Positions 13,201-28,484 of a stretch of 64,000 nucleotides of DNA are shown in pieces. The first letter of the stretch is position 1; every line of letters begins with the position of its first letter. Both the position numbers and the translations under genes were made by a program. The DNA is taken from contig OZ059898.1 in NCBI GenBank assembly GCA_964057225.1, forward strand, positions 21,574,501 through 21,638,500, written 5' to 3'. Source of the DNA: Auanema rhodensis. Taxonomy: Eukaryota > Animalia > Nematoda. The notes under the pieces were generated by a model. That model was not told the origin of the DNA, searched no databases, and saw nothing but the letters and a program-made list of their open reading frames with translations.

Positions 13201-15664
13201 ATTTGTTTTTAGACTAATATGGACATGGGGAATCTAATTTTGAAAACCGCATCTCTTTATCTTTCACGTGAAGCGAGTTACATACCAAGTGCACATCACG
13301 TGTACATTTAATTAGCATAAATTAAAGTTCACGTAAATTTCAAAGTCATGGTTACCATGCACCAATATCAATAAAAATTTGTTTTTAGACTAATATGGAC
13401 ATGGGGAATCTAATTTTGAAAACCGCATCTCTTTATCTTTCACTTGAAGCGAGTTACATACCAAGTGCACATCACGTGTACATTTAATTAGCATAAATTA
13501 AAGTTCACGTAAATTTCAAAGTCATGGTTACCATGCACCAATATCAATAAAAATTTGTTTTTAGACTAATATGGACATGGGGAATCTAATTTTGAAAACC
13601 GCATCTCTTTATCTTTCACTTGAAGCGAGTTACATACCAAGTGCACATCACGTGTACATTTAATTAGCATAAATTAAAGTTCACGTAAATTTCAAAGTCA
13701 TGGTTACCATGAACCAATATCGATAAAAATTTGTTTTTAGACTAATATGGACATGGGGAATCTAATGTTGAAAACCGCATCTCTTTATCTTTCACGTGAA
13801 GCGAGTTACATACCAAGTGCACATCACGTGTACATTTAATTAGCATAAATTAAAGTTCACGTAAATTTCAAAGTCATGGTTACCATGCACCAATATCAAT
13901 AAAAATTTGTTTTTAGACTAATATGGACTTGGGGAATCTAATTTTGAAAACCGCATCTCTTTATCTTTCACGTGAAGCGAGTTACATACCAAGTGCACAT
14001 CACGTGTACATTTAATTAGCATAAATTAAAGTTCACGTAGATTTCAAAGTCATGGTTACCATGAACCAATATCAATAAAAATTTGTTTTTAGACTAATAT
14101 GGACTTGGGGAATCTAATTTTGAAAACCGCATCTCTTTATCTTTCACGTGAAGCGAGTTACATACCAAGTGCACATCACGTGTACATTTAATTCGCATAA
14201 ATTAAAGTTCACGTAAATTTCAAAGTCATGGTTACCATGCACCAATATCAATAAAAATTTGTTTTTAGACTAATATGGACATGGGGAATCTAATTTTGAA
14301 AACCGCATCTCTTTATCTTTCACTTGAAGCGAGTTACATACCAAGTGCACATCACGTGTACATTTAATTAGCATAAATTAAAGTTCACGTAAATTTCAAA
14401 GTCATGGTTACCATGAACCAATATCGATAAAAATTTGTTTTTAGACTAATATGGACATGGGAAATCTAATGTTGAAAACCGCATCTCTTTATCTTTCACG
14501 TGAAGCGAGTTACATACCAAGTGCACATCACGTGTACATTTAATTAGCATAAATTAAAGTTCACGTAAATTTCAAAGTCATGGTTACCATGCACCAATAT
14601 CAATAAAAATTTGTTTTTAGACTAATATGGACATGGGGAATCTAATTTTGAAAACCGCATCTCTTTATCTTTCACGTGAAGCGAGTTACATACCAAGTGC
14701 ACATCACGTGTACATTTAATTAGCATAAATTAAAGTTCACGTAAATTTTAAAGTCATGGTTACCATGAACCAATATCAATAAAAATTTGTTTTTAGACTA
14801 ATATGGACTTGGGGAATCTAATTTTGAAAACCGCATCTCTTTATCTTTCACGTGAAGCGAGTTACATACCAAGTGCACATCACGTGTACATTTAATTAGC
14901 ATAAATTAAAGTACACGTAAATTTCAAAGTCATGGTTACCATGAACCAATATCAATAAAAATTTGTTTTTAGACTAATATGGACTTGGGGAATCTAATTT
15001 TGAAAACCGCATCTCTTTATCTTTCACGTGAAGCGAGTTACATACCAAGTGCACATCACGTGTACATTTAATTCGCATAAATTAAAGTTCACGTAAATTT
15101 CAAAGTCATGGTTACCATGCACCAATATCAATAAAAATTTGTTTTTAGACTAATATGGACATGGGGAATCTAATTTTGAAAACCGCATCTCTTTATCTTT
15201 CACGTGAAGCGAGTTACATACCAAGTGCACATCACGTGTACATTTAATTAGCATAAATTAAAGTTCACGTAAATTTCAAAGTCATGGTTACCATGCACCA
15301 ATATCAATAAAAATTTGTTTTTAGACTAATATGGACATGGGGAATCTAATTTTGAAAACCGCATCTCTTTATCTTTCACGTGAAGCGAGTTACATACCAA
15401 GTGCACATCACGTGTACATTTAATTAGCATAAATTAAAGTTCACGTAAATTTCAAAGTCATGGTTACCATGCACCAATATCAATAAAAATTTGTTTTTAG
15501 ACTAATATGGACATGGGGAATCTAATTTTGAAAACCGCATCTCTTTATCTTTCACGTGAAGCGAGTTACATACCAAGTGCACATCACGTGTACATTTAAT
15601 TAGCATAAATTAAAGTTCACGTAAATTTCAAAGTCATGGTTACCATGAACCAATATCAATAAAA

Positions 15665-16368
15665 ATTTGTTTTTAGACTAATATGGACATGGGGAATCTA
15701 ATTTTGAAAACCGCATCTCTTTATCTTTCACGTGAAGCGAGTTACATACCAAGTGCACATCTCGTGTACATTTAATTAGCATAAATTAAAGTTCACGTAA
15801 ATTTCAAAGTCATGGTTACCATGAACCAATATCAATAAAAATTTGTTTTTAGACTAATATGGACATGGGGAATCTTATTTTGAAAACCGCATCTCTTTAT
15901 CTTTCACGTGAAGCGAGTTACATACCAAGTGCACATCACGTGTACATTTAATTAGCATAAATTAAAGTTCACGTAAATTTCAAAGTCATGGTTACCATGA
16001 ACCAATATCAATAAAAATTTGTTTTTAGACTAATATGGACATGGGGAATCTAATTTTGAAAACCGCATCTCTTTATCTTTCACGTGAAGCGAGTTACATA
16101 CCAAGTGCACATCTCGTGTACATTTAATTAGCATAAATTAAAGTTCACGTAAATTTCAAAGTCATGGTTACCATGAACCAATATCAATAAAAATTTGTTT
16201 TTAGACTAATATGGACATGGGGAATCTTATTTTGAAAACCGCATCTCTTTATCTTTCACGTGAAGCGAGTTACATACCAAGTGCACATCACGTGTACATT
16301 TAATTAGCATAAATTAAAGTTCACGTAAATTTCAAAGTCATGGTTACCATGCACCAATATCAATAAAA
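15665..16368. repeat. 2-monomer (352-bp) unit duplicated in tandem
   Basis: An ATCTCGTG monomer followed by an AATCTTATTT monomer occurs twice in succession and was not seen elsewhere. Confidence 0.85.
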
Positions 16369-16544
16369 ATTTGTTTTTAGACTAATATGGACATGGGGAA
16401 TCTAATTTTGAAAACCGCATCTCTTTATCTTTCACGTGAAGCGAGTTACATACCAAGTGCACATCACGTGTACATTTAATTAGCATAAATTAAAGTTCAC
16501 GTAAATTTCAAAGTCATGGTTACCATGAACCAATATCAATAAAA

Positions 16545-19500
16545 ATTTGTTTTTAGACTAATATGGACATGAGGAATCTAATTTTGAAAACCGCATCTCT
16601 TTATCTTTCACGTGAAGCGAGTTACATACCAAGTGCACATCACGTGTACATCTAATTAGCATAAATTAAAGTTCACGTAAATTTCAAAGTCATGGTTACC
16701 ATGAACCAATATCAATAAAAATTTGTTTTTAGACTAATATGGACATGGGGAATCTAATTTTGAAAACCGCATCTCTTTATCTTTCACTTGAAGCGAGTTA
16801 CATACCAAGTGCACATCACGTGTACATTTAATTAGCATAAATTAAAGTTCACGTAAATTTCAAAGTCATGGTTACCATGAACCAATATCGATAAAAATTT
16901 GTTTTTAGACTAATATGGACATGGGGAATCTAATTTTGAAAACCGCATCTCTTTATCTTTCACGTGAAGCGAGTTACATACCAAGTGCACATCACGTGTA
17001 CATTTAATTAGCATAAATTAAAGTTCACGTAAATTTCAAAGTCATGGTTACCATGAACCAATATCAATAAAAATTTGTTTTTAGACTAATATGGACATGG
17101 GGAATCTAATTTTGAAAACCGCATCTCTTTATCTTTCACGTGAAGCGAGTTACATACCAAGTGCACATCACGTGTACATTTAATTAGCATAAATTAAAGT
17201 TCACGTAAATTTCAAAGTCATGGTTACCATGCACCAATATCAATAAAAATTTGTTTTTAGACTAATATGGACATGGGGAATCTAATTTTGAAAACCGCAT
17301 CTCTTTATCTTTCACGTGAAGCGAGTTACATACCAAGTGCACATCACGTGTACATTTAATTAGCATAAATTAAAGTTCACGTAAATTTCAAAGTCATGGT
17401 TACCATGAACCAATATCAATAAAAATTTGTTTTTAGACTAATATGGACATGAGGAATCTAATTTTGAAAACCGCATCTCTTTATCTTTCACGTGAAGCGA
17501 GTTACATACCAAGTGCACATCACGTGTACATCTAATTAGCATAAATTAAAGTTCACGTAAATTTCAAAGTCATGGTTACCATGAACCAATATCAATAAAA
17601 ATTTGTTTTTAGACTAATATGGACATGGGGAATCTAATTTTGAAAACCGCATCTCTTCATCTTTCACTTGAAGCGAGTTACATACCAAGTGCACATCACG
17701 TGTACATTTAATTAGCATAAATTAAAGTTCACGTAAATTTCAAAGTCATGGTTACCATGAACCAATATCGATAAAAATTTGTTTTTAGACTAATATGGAC
17801 ATGGGGAATCTAATTTTGAAAACCGCATCTCTTTATCTTTCACGTGAAGCGAGTTACATACCAAGTGCACATCACGTGTACATTTAATTAGCATAAATTA
17901 AAGTTCACGTAAATTTCAAAGTCATGGTTACCATGAACCAATATCAATAAAAATTTGTTTTTAGACTAATATGGACATGGGGAATCTAATTTTGAAAACC
18001 GCATCTCTTTATCTTTCACGTGAAGCGAGTTACATACCAAGTGCACATCACGTGTACATTTAATTAGCATAAATTAAAGTTCACGTAAATTTCAAAGTCA
18101 TGGTTACCATGCACCAATATCAATAAAAATTTGTTTTTAGACTAATATGGACATGGGGAATCTAATTTTGAAAACCGCATCTCTTTATCTTTCACGTGAA
18201 GCGAGTTACATACCAAGTGCACATCACGTGTACATTTAATTAGCATAAATTAAAGTTCACGTAAATTTCAAAGTCATGGTTACCATGAACCAATATCAAT
18301 AAAAATTTGTTTTTAGACTAATATGGACATGAGGAATCTAATTTTGAAAACCGCATCTCTTTATCTTTCACGTGAAGCGAGTTACATACCAAGTGCACAT
18401 CACGTGTACATCTAATTAGCATAAATTAAAGTTCACGTAAATTTCAAAGTCATGGTTACCATGAACCAATATCAATAAAAATTTGTTTTTAGACTAATAT
18501 GGACATGGGGAATCTAATTTTGAAAACCGCATCTCTTCATCTTTCACTTGAAGCGAGTTACATACCAAGTGCACATCACGTGTACATTTAATTAGCATAA
18601 ATTAAAGTTCACGTAAATTTCAAAGTCATGGTTACCATGAACCAATATCGATAAAAATTTGTTTTTAGACTAATATGGACATGGGGAATCTAATTTTGAA
18701 AACCGCATCTCTTCATCTTTCACTTGAAGCGAGTTACATACCAAGTGCACATCACGTGTACATTTAATTAGCATAAATTAAAGTTCACGTAAATTTCAAA
18801 GTCATGGTTACCATGAACCAATATCAATAAAAATTTGTTTTTAGACTAATATGGACATGGGGAATCTAATTTTGAAAACCGCATCTCTTTATCTTTCACG
18901 TGAAGCGAGTTACATACCAAGTGCACATCACGTGTACATTTAATTAGCATAAATTAAAGTTCACGTAAATTTCAAAGTCATGGTTACCATGAACCAATAT
19001 CAATAAAAATTTGTTTTTAGACTAATATGGACATGGGGAATCTAATTTTGAAAACCGCATCTCTTTATCTTTCACGTGAAGCGAGTTACATACCAAGTGC
19101 ACATCACGTGTACATTTAATTAGCATAAATTAAAGTTCACGTAAATTTCAAAGTCATGGTTACCATGCACCAATATCAATAAAAATTTGTTTTTAGACTA
19201 ATATGGACATGGGGAATCTAATTTTGAAAACCGCATCTCTTTATCTTTCACGTGAAGCGAGTTACATACCAAGTGCACATCACGTGTACATTTAATTAGC
19301 ATAAATTAAAGTTCACGTAAATTTCAAAGTCATGGTTACCATGAACCAATATCAATAAAAATTTGTTTTTAGACTAATATGGACATGAGGAATCTAATTT
19401 TGAAAACCGCATCTCTTTATCTTTCACGTGAAGCGAGTTACATACCAAGTGCACATCACGTGTACATCTAATTAGCATAAATTAAAGTTCACGTAAATTT

Positions 19501-20240
19501 CAAAGTCATGGTTACCATGAACCAATATCAATAAAAATTTGTTTTTAGACTAATATGGACATGGGGAATCTAATTTTGAAAACCGCATCTCTTCATCTTT
19601 CACTTGAAGCGAGTTACATACCAAGTGCACATCACGTGTACATTTAATTAGCATAAATTAAAGTTCACGTAAATTTCAAAGTCATGGTTACCATGAACCA
19701 ATATCGATAAAAATTTGTTTTTAGACTAATATGGACATGGGGAATCTAATTTTGAAAACCGCATCTCTTTATCTTTCACGTGAAGCGAGTTACATACCAA
19801 GTGCACATCACGTGTACATTTAATTAGCATAAATTAAAGTTCACGTAAATTTCAAAGTCATGGTTACCATGAACCAATATCAATAAAAATTTGTTTTTAG
19901 ACTAATATGGACATGGGGAATCTAATTTTGAAAACCGCATCTCTTTATCTTTCACGTGAAGCGAGTTACATACCAAGTGCACATCACGTGTACATTTAAT
20001 TAGCATAAATTAAAGTTCACGTAAATTTCAAAGTCATGGTTACCATGCACCAATATCAATAAAAATTTGTTTTTAGACTAATATGGACATGGGGAATCTA
20101 ATTTTGAAAACCGCATCTCTTTATCTTTCACGTGAAGCGAGTTACATACCAAGTGCACATCACGTGTACATTTAATTAGCATAAATTAAAGTTCACGTAA
20201 ATTTCAAAGTCATGGTTACCATGAACCAATATCAATAAAA
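16545..20240. repeat. 5-monomer (880-bp) higher-order repeat, ~4 units, one extended to 6 monomers
   Basis: The A28+C108 (CATCTAATT) marker lies at 16652, 17532, 18412 and 19468 (spacings 880, 880, 1056). Each is followed by a T68+G170 monomer. Confidence 0.85.
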
Positions 20241-23200
20241 ATTTGTTTTTAGACTAATATGGACATGGGGAATCTAATTTTGAAAACCGCATCTCTTTAT
20301 CTTTCACGTGAAGCGAGTTACATACCAAGTGCACATCACGTGTACATTTAATTAGCATAAATTAAAGTTCACGTAAATTTCAAAGTCATGGTTACCATGA
20401 ACCAATATCAATAAAAATTTGTTTTTAGACTAATATGGACATGGGGAATCTAATTTTGAAAACCGCATCTCTTTATCTTTCACGTGAAGCGAGTTACATA
20501 CCAAGTGCACATCACGTGTACATTTAATTAGCATAAATTAAAGTTCACGTAAATTTCAAAGTCATGGTTACCATGCACCAATATCAATAAAAATTTGTTT
20601 TTAGACTAATATGGACATGGGGAATCTAATTTTGAAAACTGCATCTCTTTATCTTTCACGTGAAGCGAGTTACATACCAAGTGCACATCACGTGTACATT
20701 TAATTAGCATAAATCAAAGTTCACGTAAATTTCAAAGTCATGGTTACCATGAACCAATATCAATAAAAATTTGTTTTTAGACTAATATGGACATGGGGAA
20801 TCTAATTTTGAAAACCGCATCTCTTTATCTTTCACGTGAAGCGAGTTACATACCAAGTGCACATCACGTGTACATTTAATTAGCATAAATTAAAGTTCAC
20901 GTAAATTTCAAAGTCATGGTTACCATGAACCAATATCAATAAAAATTTGTTTTTAGACTAATATGGACATGGGGAATCTAATTTTGAAAACCGCATCTCT
21001 GTATCTTTCACGTGAAGCGAGTTACATACCAAGTGCACATCACGTGTACATTTAATTAGCATAAATTAAAGTTCACGTAAATTTCAAAGTCATGGTTACC
21101 ATGCACCAATATCAATAAAAATTTGTTTTTAGACTAATATGGACATGGGGAATCTAATTTTGAAAACTGCATCTCTTTATCTTTCACGTGAAGCGAGTTA
21201 CATACCAAGTGCACATCACGTCTACATTTAATTAGCATAAATTAAAGTACACGTAAATTTCAAAGTCATGGTTACCATGCACCAATATCAATAAAAATTT
21301 GTTTTTAGACTAATATGGACATGGGGAATCTAATTTTGAAAGCCGCATCTCTTTATCTTTCACGTGAAGCGAGTTACATACCAAGTGCACATCACGTGTT
21401 CTTTTAATTAGCATAAATTAAAGTTCACGTAAATTTCAAAGTCATGTTTACCATGAACCAATATCAATAAAAATTTGTTTTTAGACTAATATGGACTTGG
21501 GGAATCTAATTTTGGAAACCGCATCTCTTTATCTTTCACGTGAAGCGAGTTACATACCAAGTGCACATCACGTGTACATTTAATTAGCATAAATTAAAGT
21601 TCACGTAAATTTCAAAGTCATGGTTACCATGCACCAATATCAATAAAAATTTGTTTTTAGACTAATATGGAGATGGGGAATCTAATTTTGAAAACCGCAT
21701 CTCTTTATCTTTCACGTGAAGCGAGTTACATACCAAGTGCACATCACGTGTACATTTAATTAGCATAAACTAAAGTTCACGTAAAATTCAAAGTCATGGT
21801 TACCATGAACCAATATCAATAAAAATTTGTTTTTAGACTAATATGGACATGAGGAATCTAATTTTGAAAACCGCATCTCTTTATCTTTCACGTGAAGCGA
21901 GTTACATACCAAGTGCACATCACGTGTACATTTAATTAGCATAAATTAAAGTTCACGTAAATTTCAAAGTCATGGTTACCATGCACCAATATCAATAAAA
22001 ATTTGTTTTTAGACTAATATGGACATGGGGAATCTAATTTTGAAAACTGCATCTCTTTATCTTTCACGTGAAGCGAGTTACATACCAAGTGCACATCACG
22101 TGTACATTTAATTAGCATAAATCAAAGTTCACGTAAATTTCAAAGTCATGGTTACCATGAACCAATATCGATAAAAATTCGTTTTTAGACTAATATGGAC
22201 ATGGGGAATCTAATTTTGAAAACCGCATCTCTTTATCTTTCACGTGAAGCGAGTTACATACCAAGTGCACATCACGTGTACATTTAATTAGCATAAATTA
22301 AAGTTCACGTAAATTTCAAAGTCATGGTTACCATGAACCAATATCAATAAAAATTTGTTTTTAGACTAATATGGACATGGGGAATCTAATTTTGAAAACC
22401 GCATCTCTTTATCTTTCACGTGAAGCGAGTTACACTCCAAGTGCACATCACTTGTACATTTAATTAGCATAAATTAAAGTTCACGTAAATTTCAAAGTCA
22501 TGGTTACCATGCACCAATATCAATAAAAATTTGTTTTTAGACTAATATGGAGATGGGGAATCTAATTTTGAAAACCGCATCTCTTTATCTTTCACGTGAA
22601 GCGAGTTACATACCAAGTGCACATCACGTGTACATTTAATTAGCATAAATTAAAGTTCACGTAAATTTCAAAGTCATGGTTACCATGAACCAATATCAAT
22701 AAAAATTTGTTTTTAGACTAATATGGACATGGGGAATCTAATTTTGAAAACCCTCTTTATCTTTCACGTGGAGCGAGTTACATACCAAGTGCACATCACG
22801 TGTACATTTAATTAGCATAAATTAAAGTTCACGTAAATTTCAAAGTCATGGTTACCATGAACCAATATCAATAAAAATTTGTTTTTAGACTAATATGGAC
22901 ATGGGGAATCTAATTTTGAAAACCGCATCTCTTTATCTTTCACGTGAAGCGAGTTACATACCAAGTGCACATCACGTGTACATTTAATTAGCATAAATTA
23001 AAGTTCACGTAAATTTCAAAGTCATGGTTACCATGAACCAATATCAATAAAAATTTGTTTTTAGACTAATATGGACATGGGGAATCTAATTTTGAAAACC
23101 CTCTTTATCTTTCACGTGAAGCGAGTTACATACCAAGTGCACATCACGTGTACATTTAATTAGCATAAATTAAAGTTCACGTAAATTTCAAAGTCATGGT

Positions 23201-24800
23201 TACCATGAACCAATATCAATAAAAATTTGTTTTTAGACTAATATGGACATGGGGAATCTAATTTTGAAAACCCTCTTTATCTTTCACGTGAAGCGAGTTA
23301 CATACCAAGTGCACATCACGTGTACATTTAATTAGCATAAATTAAAGTTCACGTAAATTTCAAAGTCATGGTTACCATGAACCAATATCAATAAAAATTT
23401 GTTTTTAGACTAATATGGACTTGGGGAATCTAATTTTGAAAACCGCATCTCTTTATCTTTCACGTGAAGCGAGTTACATACCAAATGCACATCACGTGTA
23501 CATTTAATTAGCATAAATTAAAGTACACGTAAATTTCAAAGTCATGGTTACCATGCACCAATATCAATAAAAATTTGTTTTTAGACTAATATGGACAAGG
23601 GGAATCTAATTTTGAAAACCGCATCTCTTTATCTTTCACGTGAAGCGAGTTACATACCAAGTGCACATCACGTGTACATTTAATTAGCATAAATTAAAGT
23701 TCACGTAAATTTCAAAGTCATGGTTACCATGAACCAATATCAATAAAAATTTGTTTTTAGACTAATATGGACATGGGGAATCTAATTTTGAAAACCCTCT
23801 TTATCTTTCACGTGAAGCGAGTTACATACCAAGTGCACATCACGTGTACATTTAATTAGCATAAATTAAAGTTCACGTAAATTTCAAAGTCATGGTTACC
23901 ATGAACCAATATCAATAAAAATTTGTTTTTAGACTAATATGGACATGGGGAATCTAATTTTGAAAACCGCATCTCTTTATCTTTCACGTGAAGCGAGTTA
24001 CATACCAAGTGCACATCACGTGTACATTTAATTAGCATAAATTAAAGTTCACGTAAATTTCAAAGTCATGGTTACCATGAACCAATATCAATAAAAATTT
24101 GTTTTTAGACTAATATGGACTTGGGGAATCTAATTTTGAAAACCGCATCTCTTTATCTTTCACGTGAAGCGAGTTACATACCAAGTGCACATCACGTGTA
24201 CATTTAATTAGCATAAATTAAAGTACACGTAAATTTCAAAGTCATGGTTACCATGCACCAATATCAATAAAAATTTGTTTTTAGACTAATATGGACATGG
24301 GGAATCTAATTTTGAAAACCGCATCTCTTTATCTTTCACGTGAAGCGAGTTACATACCAAGTGCACATCACGTGTACATTTAATTAGCATGAATTAAAGT
24401 TCACGTAAATTTCAAAGTCATGGTTACCATGCACCAATATCAATAAAAATTTGTTTTTAGACTAATATGGACATGGGGAATCTAATTTTGAAAACCGCAT
24501 CTCTTTATCTTTCACGTGAAGCGAGTTACATACCAAGTGCACATCACGTGTACATTTAATTAGCATGAATTAAAGTTCACGTAAATTTCAAAGTCATGGT
24601 TACCATGAACCAATATCAATAAAAATTTGTTTTTAGACTAATATGGACTTGGGGAATCTAATTTTGAAAACCGCATCTCTTTATCTTTCACGTGAAGCGA
24701 GTTACATACCAAGTGCACATCACGTGTACATTTAATTAGCATAAATTAAAGTTCACGTAAATTTCAAAGTCATGGTTACCATGAACCAATATCAATAAAA

Positions 24801-26384
24801 ATTTGTTTTTAGACTAATATGGACTTGGGGAATCTAATTTTGAAAACCGCATCTCTTTATCTTTCACGTGAAGCGAGTTACATACCAAGTGCACATCACG
24901 TGTACATTTAATTAGCATAAATTAAAGTACACGTAAATTTCAAAGTCATGGTTACCATGCACCAATATCAAGAAAAATTTGTTTTTAGACTAATATGGAC
25001 ATGGGGAATCTAATTTTGAAAACCGCATCTCTTTATCTTTCACGTGAAGCGAGTTACATACCAAGTGCACATCACGTGTACATTTAATTAGCATAAATTA
25101 AAGTACACGTAAATTTCAAAGTCATGGTTACCATGCACCAATATCAATAAAAATTTGTTTTTAGACTAATATGGACATGGGGAATCTAATTTTGAAAACC
25201 GCATCTCTTTATTTTTCACGTGAAGCGAGTTACATACCAAGTGCACATCACGTGTACATTTAATTAGCATGAATTAAAGTTCACGTAAATTTCAAAGTCA
25301 TGGTTACCATGAACCAATATCAATAAAAATTTGTTTTTAGACTAATATGGACTTGGGGAATCTAATTTTGAAAACCGCATCTCTTTATCTTTCACGTGAA
25401 GCGAGTTACATACCAAGTGCACATCACGTGTACATTTAATTAGCATAAATTAAAGTACACGTAAATTTCAAAGTCATGGTTACCATGCACCAATATCAAG
25501 AAAAATTTGTTTTTAGACTAATATGGACATGGGGAATCTAATTTTGAAAACCGCATCTCTTTATCTTTCACGTGAAGCGAGTTACATACCAAGTGCACAT
25601 CACGTGTACATTTAATTAGCATAAATTAAAGTACACGTAAATTTCAAAGTCATGGTTACCATGCACCAATATCAATAAAAATTTGTTTTTAGACTAATAT
25701 GGACATGGGGAATCTAATTTTGAAAACCGCATCTCTTTATCTTTTACGTGAAGCGAGTTACATACCAAGTGCACATCACGTGTACATTTAATTAGCATAA
25801 ATTAAAGTTCACGTAAATTTCAAAGTCATGGTTACCATGAACCAATATCAATAAAAATTTGTTTTTAGACTAATATGGACTTGGGGAATCTAATTTTGAA
25901 AACCGCATCTCTTTATCTTTCACGTGAAGCGAGTTACATACCAAGTGCACATCACGTGTACATTTAATTAGCATAAATTAAAGTACACGTAAATTTCAAA
26001 GTCATGGTTACCATGCACCAATATCAAGAAAAATTTGTTTTTAGACTAATATGGACATGGGGAATCTAATTTTGAAAACCGCATCTCTTTATCTTTCACG
26101 TGAAGCGAGTTACATACCAAGTGCACATCACGTGTACATTTAATTAGCATAAATTAAAGTACACGTAAATTTCAAAGTCATGGTTACCATGCACCAATAT
26201 CAATAAAAATTTGTTTTTAGACTAATATGGACATGGGGAATCTAATTTTGAAAACCGCATCTCTTTATCTTTTACGTGAAGCGAGTTACATACCAAGTGC
26301 ACATCACGTGTACATTTAATTAGCATAAATTAAAGTTCACGTAAATTTCAAAGTCATGGTTACCATGAACCAATATCAATAAAA
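24801..26384. repeat. 3-monomer (528-bp) higher-order repeat, 3 units
   Basis: G172 (CAAGAAAAA) at 24972, 25500 and 26028, each in a T25+A129 monomer. Confidence 0.8.
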
Positions 26385-28484
26385 ATTTGTTTTTAGACTA
26401 ATATGGACATGGGGAATCTAATTTTGAAAACCGCATCTCTTTATCTTTCACGTGAAGCGAGTTACATACCAAGTGCACATCACGTGTACATTTAATTAGC
26501 ATAAATTAAAGTTCACGTAAATTTCAAAGTCATGGTTACCATGAACCAATATCAATAAAAATTTGTTTTTAGACTAATATGGACATGGGGAATCTAATTT
26601 TGAAAACCCTCTTTATCTTTCACGTGAAGCGAGTTACATACCAAGTGCACATCACGTGTACATTTAATTAGCATAAATTAAAGTTCACGTAAATTTCAAA
26701 GTCATGGTTACCATGAACCAATATCAATAAAAATTTGTTTTTAGACTAATATGGACATGGGGAATCTAATTTTGAAAACCCTCTTTATCTTTCACGTGAA
26801 GCGAGTTACATACCAAGTGCACATCACGTGTACATTTAATTAGCATAAATTAAAGTTCACGTAAATTTCAAAGTCATGGTTACCATGCACCAATATCAAT
26901 AAAAATTTGTTTTTAGACTAATATGGACATGGGGAATCTAATTTTGAAAACCGCATCTCTTTATCTTTCACGTGAAGCGAGTTACATACCAAGTGCACAT
27001 CACGTGTACATTTAATTAGCATAAATTAAAGTTCACGTAAATTTCAAAGTCATGGTTACCATGAACCAATATCAATAAAAATTTGTTTTTAGACTAATAT
27101 GGACATGGGGAATCTAATTTTGAAAACCCTCTTTATCTTTCACGTGAAGCGAGTTACATACCAAGTGCACATCACGTGTACATTTAATTAGCATAAATTA
27201 AAGTTCACGTAAATTTCAAAGTCATGGTTACCATGAACCAATATCAATAAAAATTTGTTTTTAGACTAATATGGACTTGGGGAATCTAATTTTGAAAACC
27301 GCATCTCTTTATCTTTCACGTGAAGCGAGTTACATACCAAGTGCACATCACGTGTACATTTAATTAGCATAAATTAAAGTTCACGTAAATTTCAAAGTCA
27401 TGGTTACCATGAACCAATATCAATAAAAATTTGTTTTTAGACTAATATGGACTTGGGGAATCTAATTTTGAAAACCGCATCTCTTTATCTTTCACGTGAA
27501 GCGAGTTACATACCAAGTGCACATCACGTGTACATTTAATTAACATAAATTAAAGTACACGTAAATTTCAAAGTCATGGTTACCATGCACCAATATCAAG
27601 AAAAATTTGTTTTTAGACTAATATGGACATGGGGAATCTAATTTTGAAAACCGCATCTCTTTATCTTTCACGTGAAGCGAGTTACATACCAAGTGCACAT
27701 CACGTGTACATTTAATTAGCATAAATTAAAGTACACGTAAATTTCAAAGTCATGGTTACCATGCACCAATATCAATAAAAATTTGTTTTTAGACTAATAT
27801 GGACATGGGGAATCTAATTTTGAAAACCGCATCTCTTTATCTTTCACGTGAAGCGAGTTACATACCAAGTGCACATCACGTGTACATTTAATTAGCATGA
27901 ATTAAAGTTCACGTAAATTTCAAAGTCATGGTTACCATGCACCAATATCAATAAAAATTTGTTTTTAGAATAATATGGACATGGGGAATCTAATTTTGAA
28001 AACCGCATCTCTTTATCTTTCACGTGAAGCGAGTTACATACCAAGTGCACATCACGTGTACATTTAATTAGCATAAATTAAAGTACACGTAAATTTCAAA
28101 GTCATGGTTACCATGAACCAATATCAATAAAAATTTGTTTTTAGACTAATATGGACATGGGGAATCTAATTTTGAAAACCGCATCTCTTTATCTTTCACG
28201 TGAAGCGAGTTACATACCAAGTGCACATCACGTGTACATTTAATTAGCATGAATTAAAGTTCACGTAAATTTCAAAGTCATGGTTACCATGCACCAATAT
28301 CAATAAAAATTTGTTTTTAGACTAATATGGACATGGGGAATCTAATTTTGAAAACCGCATCTCTTTATCTTTCACGTGAAGCGAGTTACATACCAAGTGC
28401 ACATCACGTGTACATTTAATTAGCATGAATTAAAGTTCACGTAAATTTCAAAGTCATGGTTACCATGAACCAATATCAATAAAA

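Noticed and set aside
27892-28074. 60-aa minus-strand ORF (MLIKCTRDVHLVC...)
   Set aside because: It is satellite sequence in which one C>A change (27970) removes the TAG stop that ends the same frame after 34 codons in other monomers. There is no recognisable domain or gene context, and the monomer length is not a multiple of 3.
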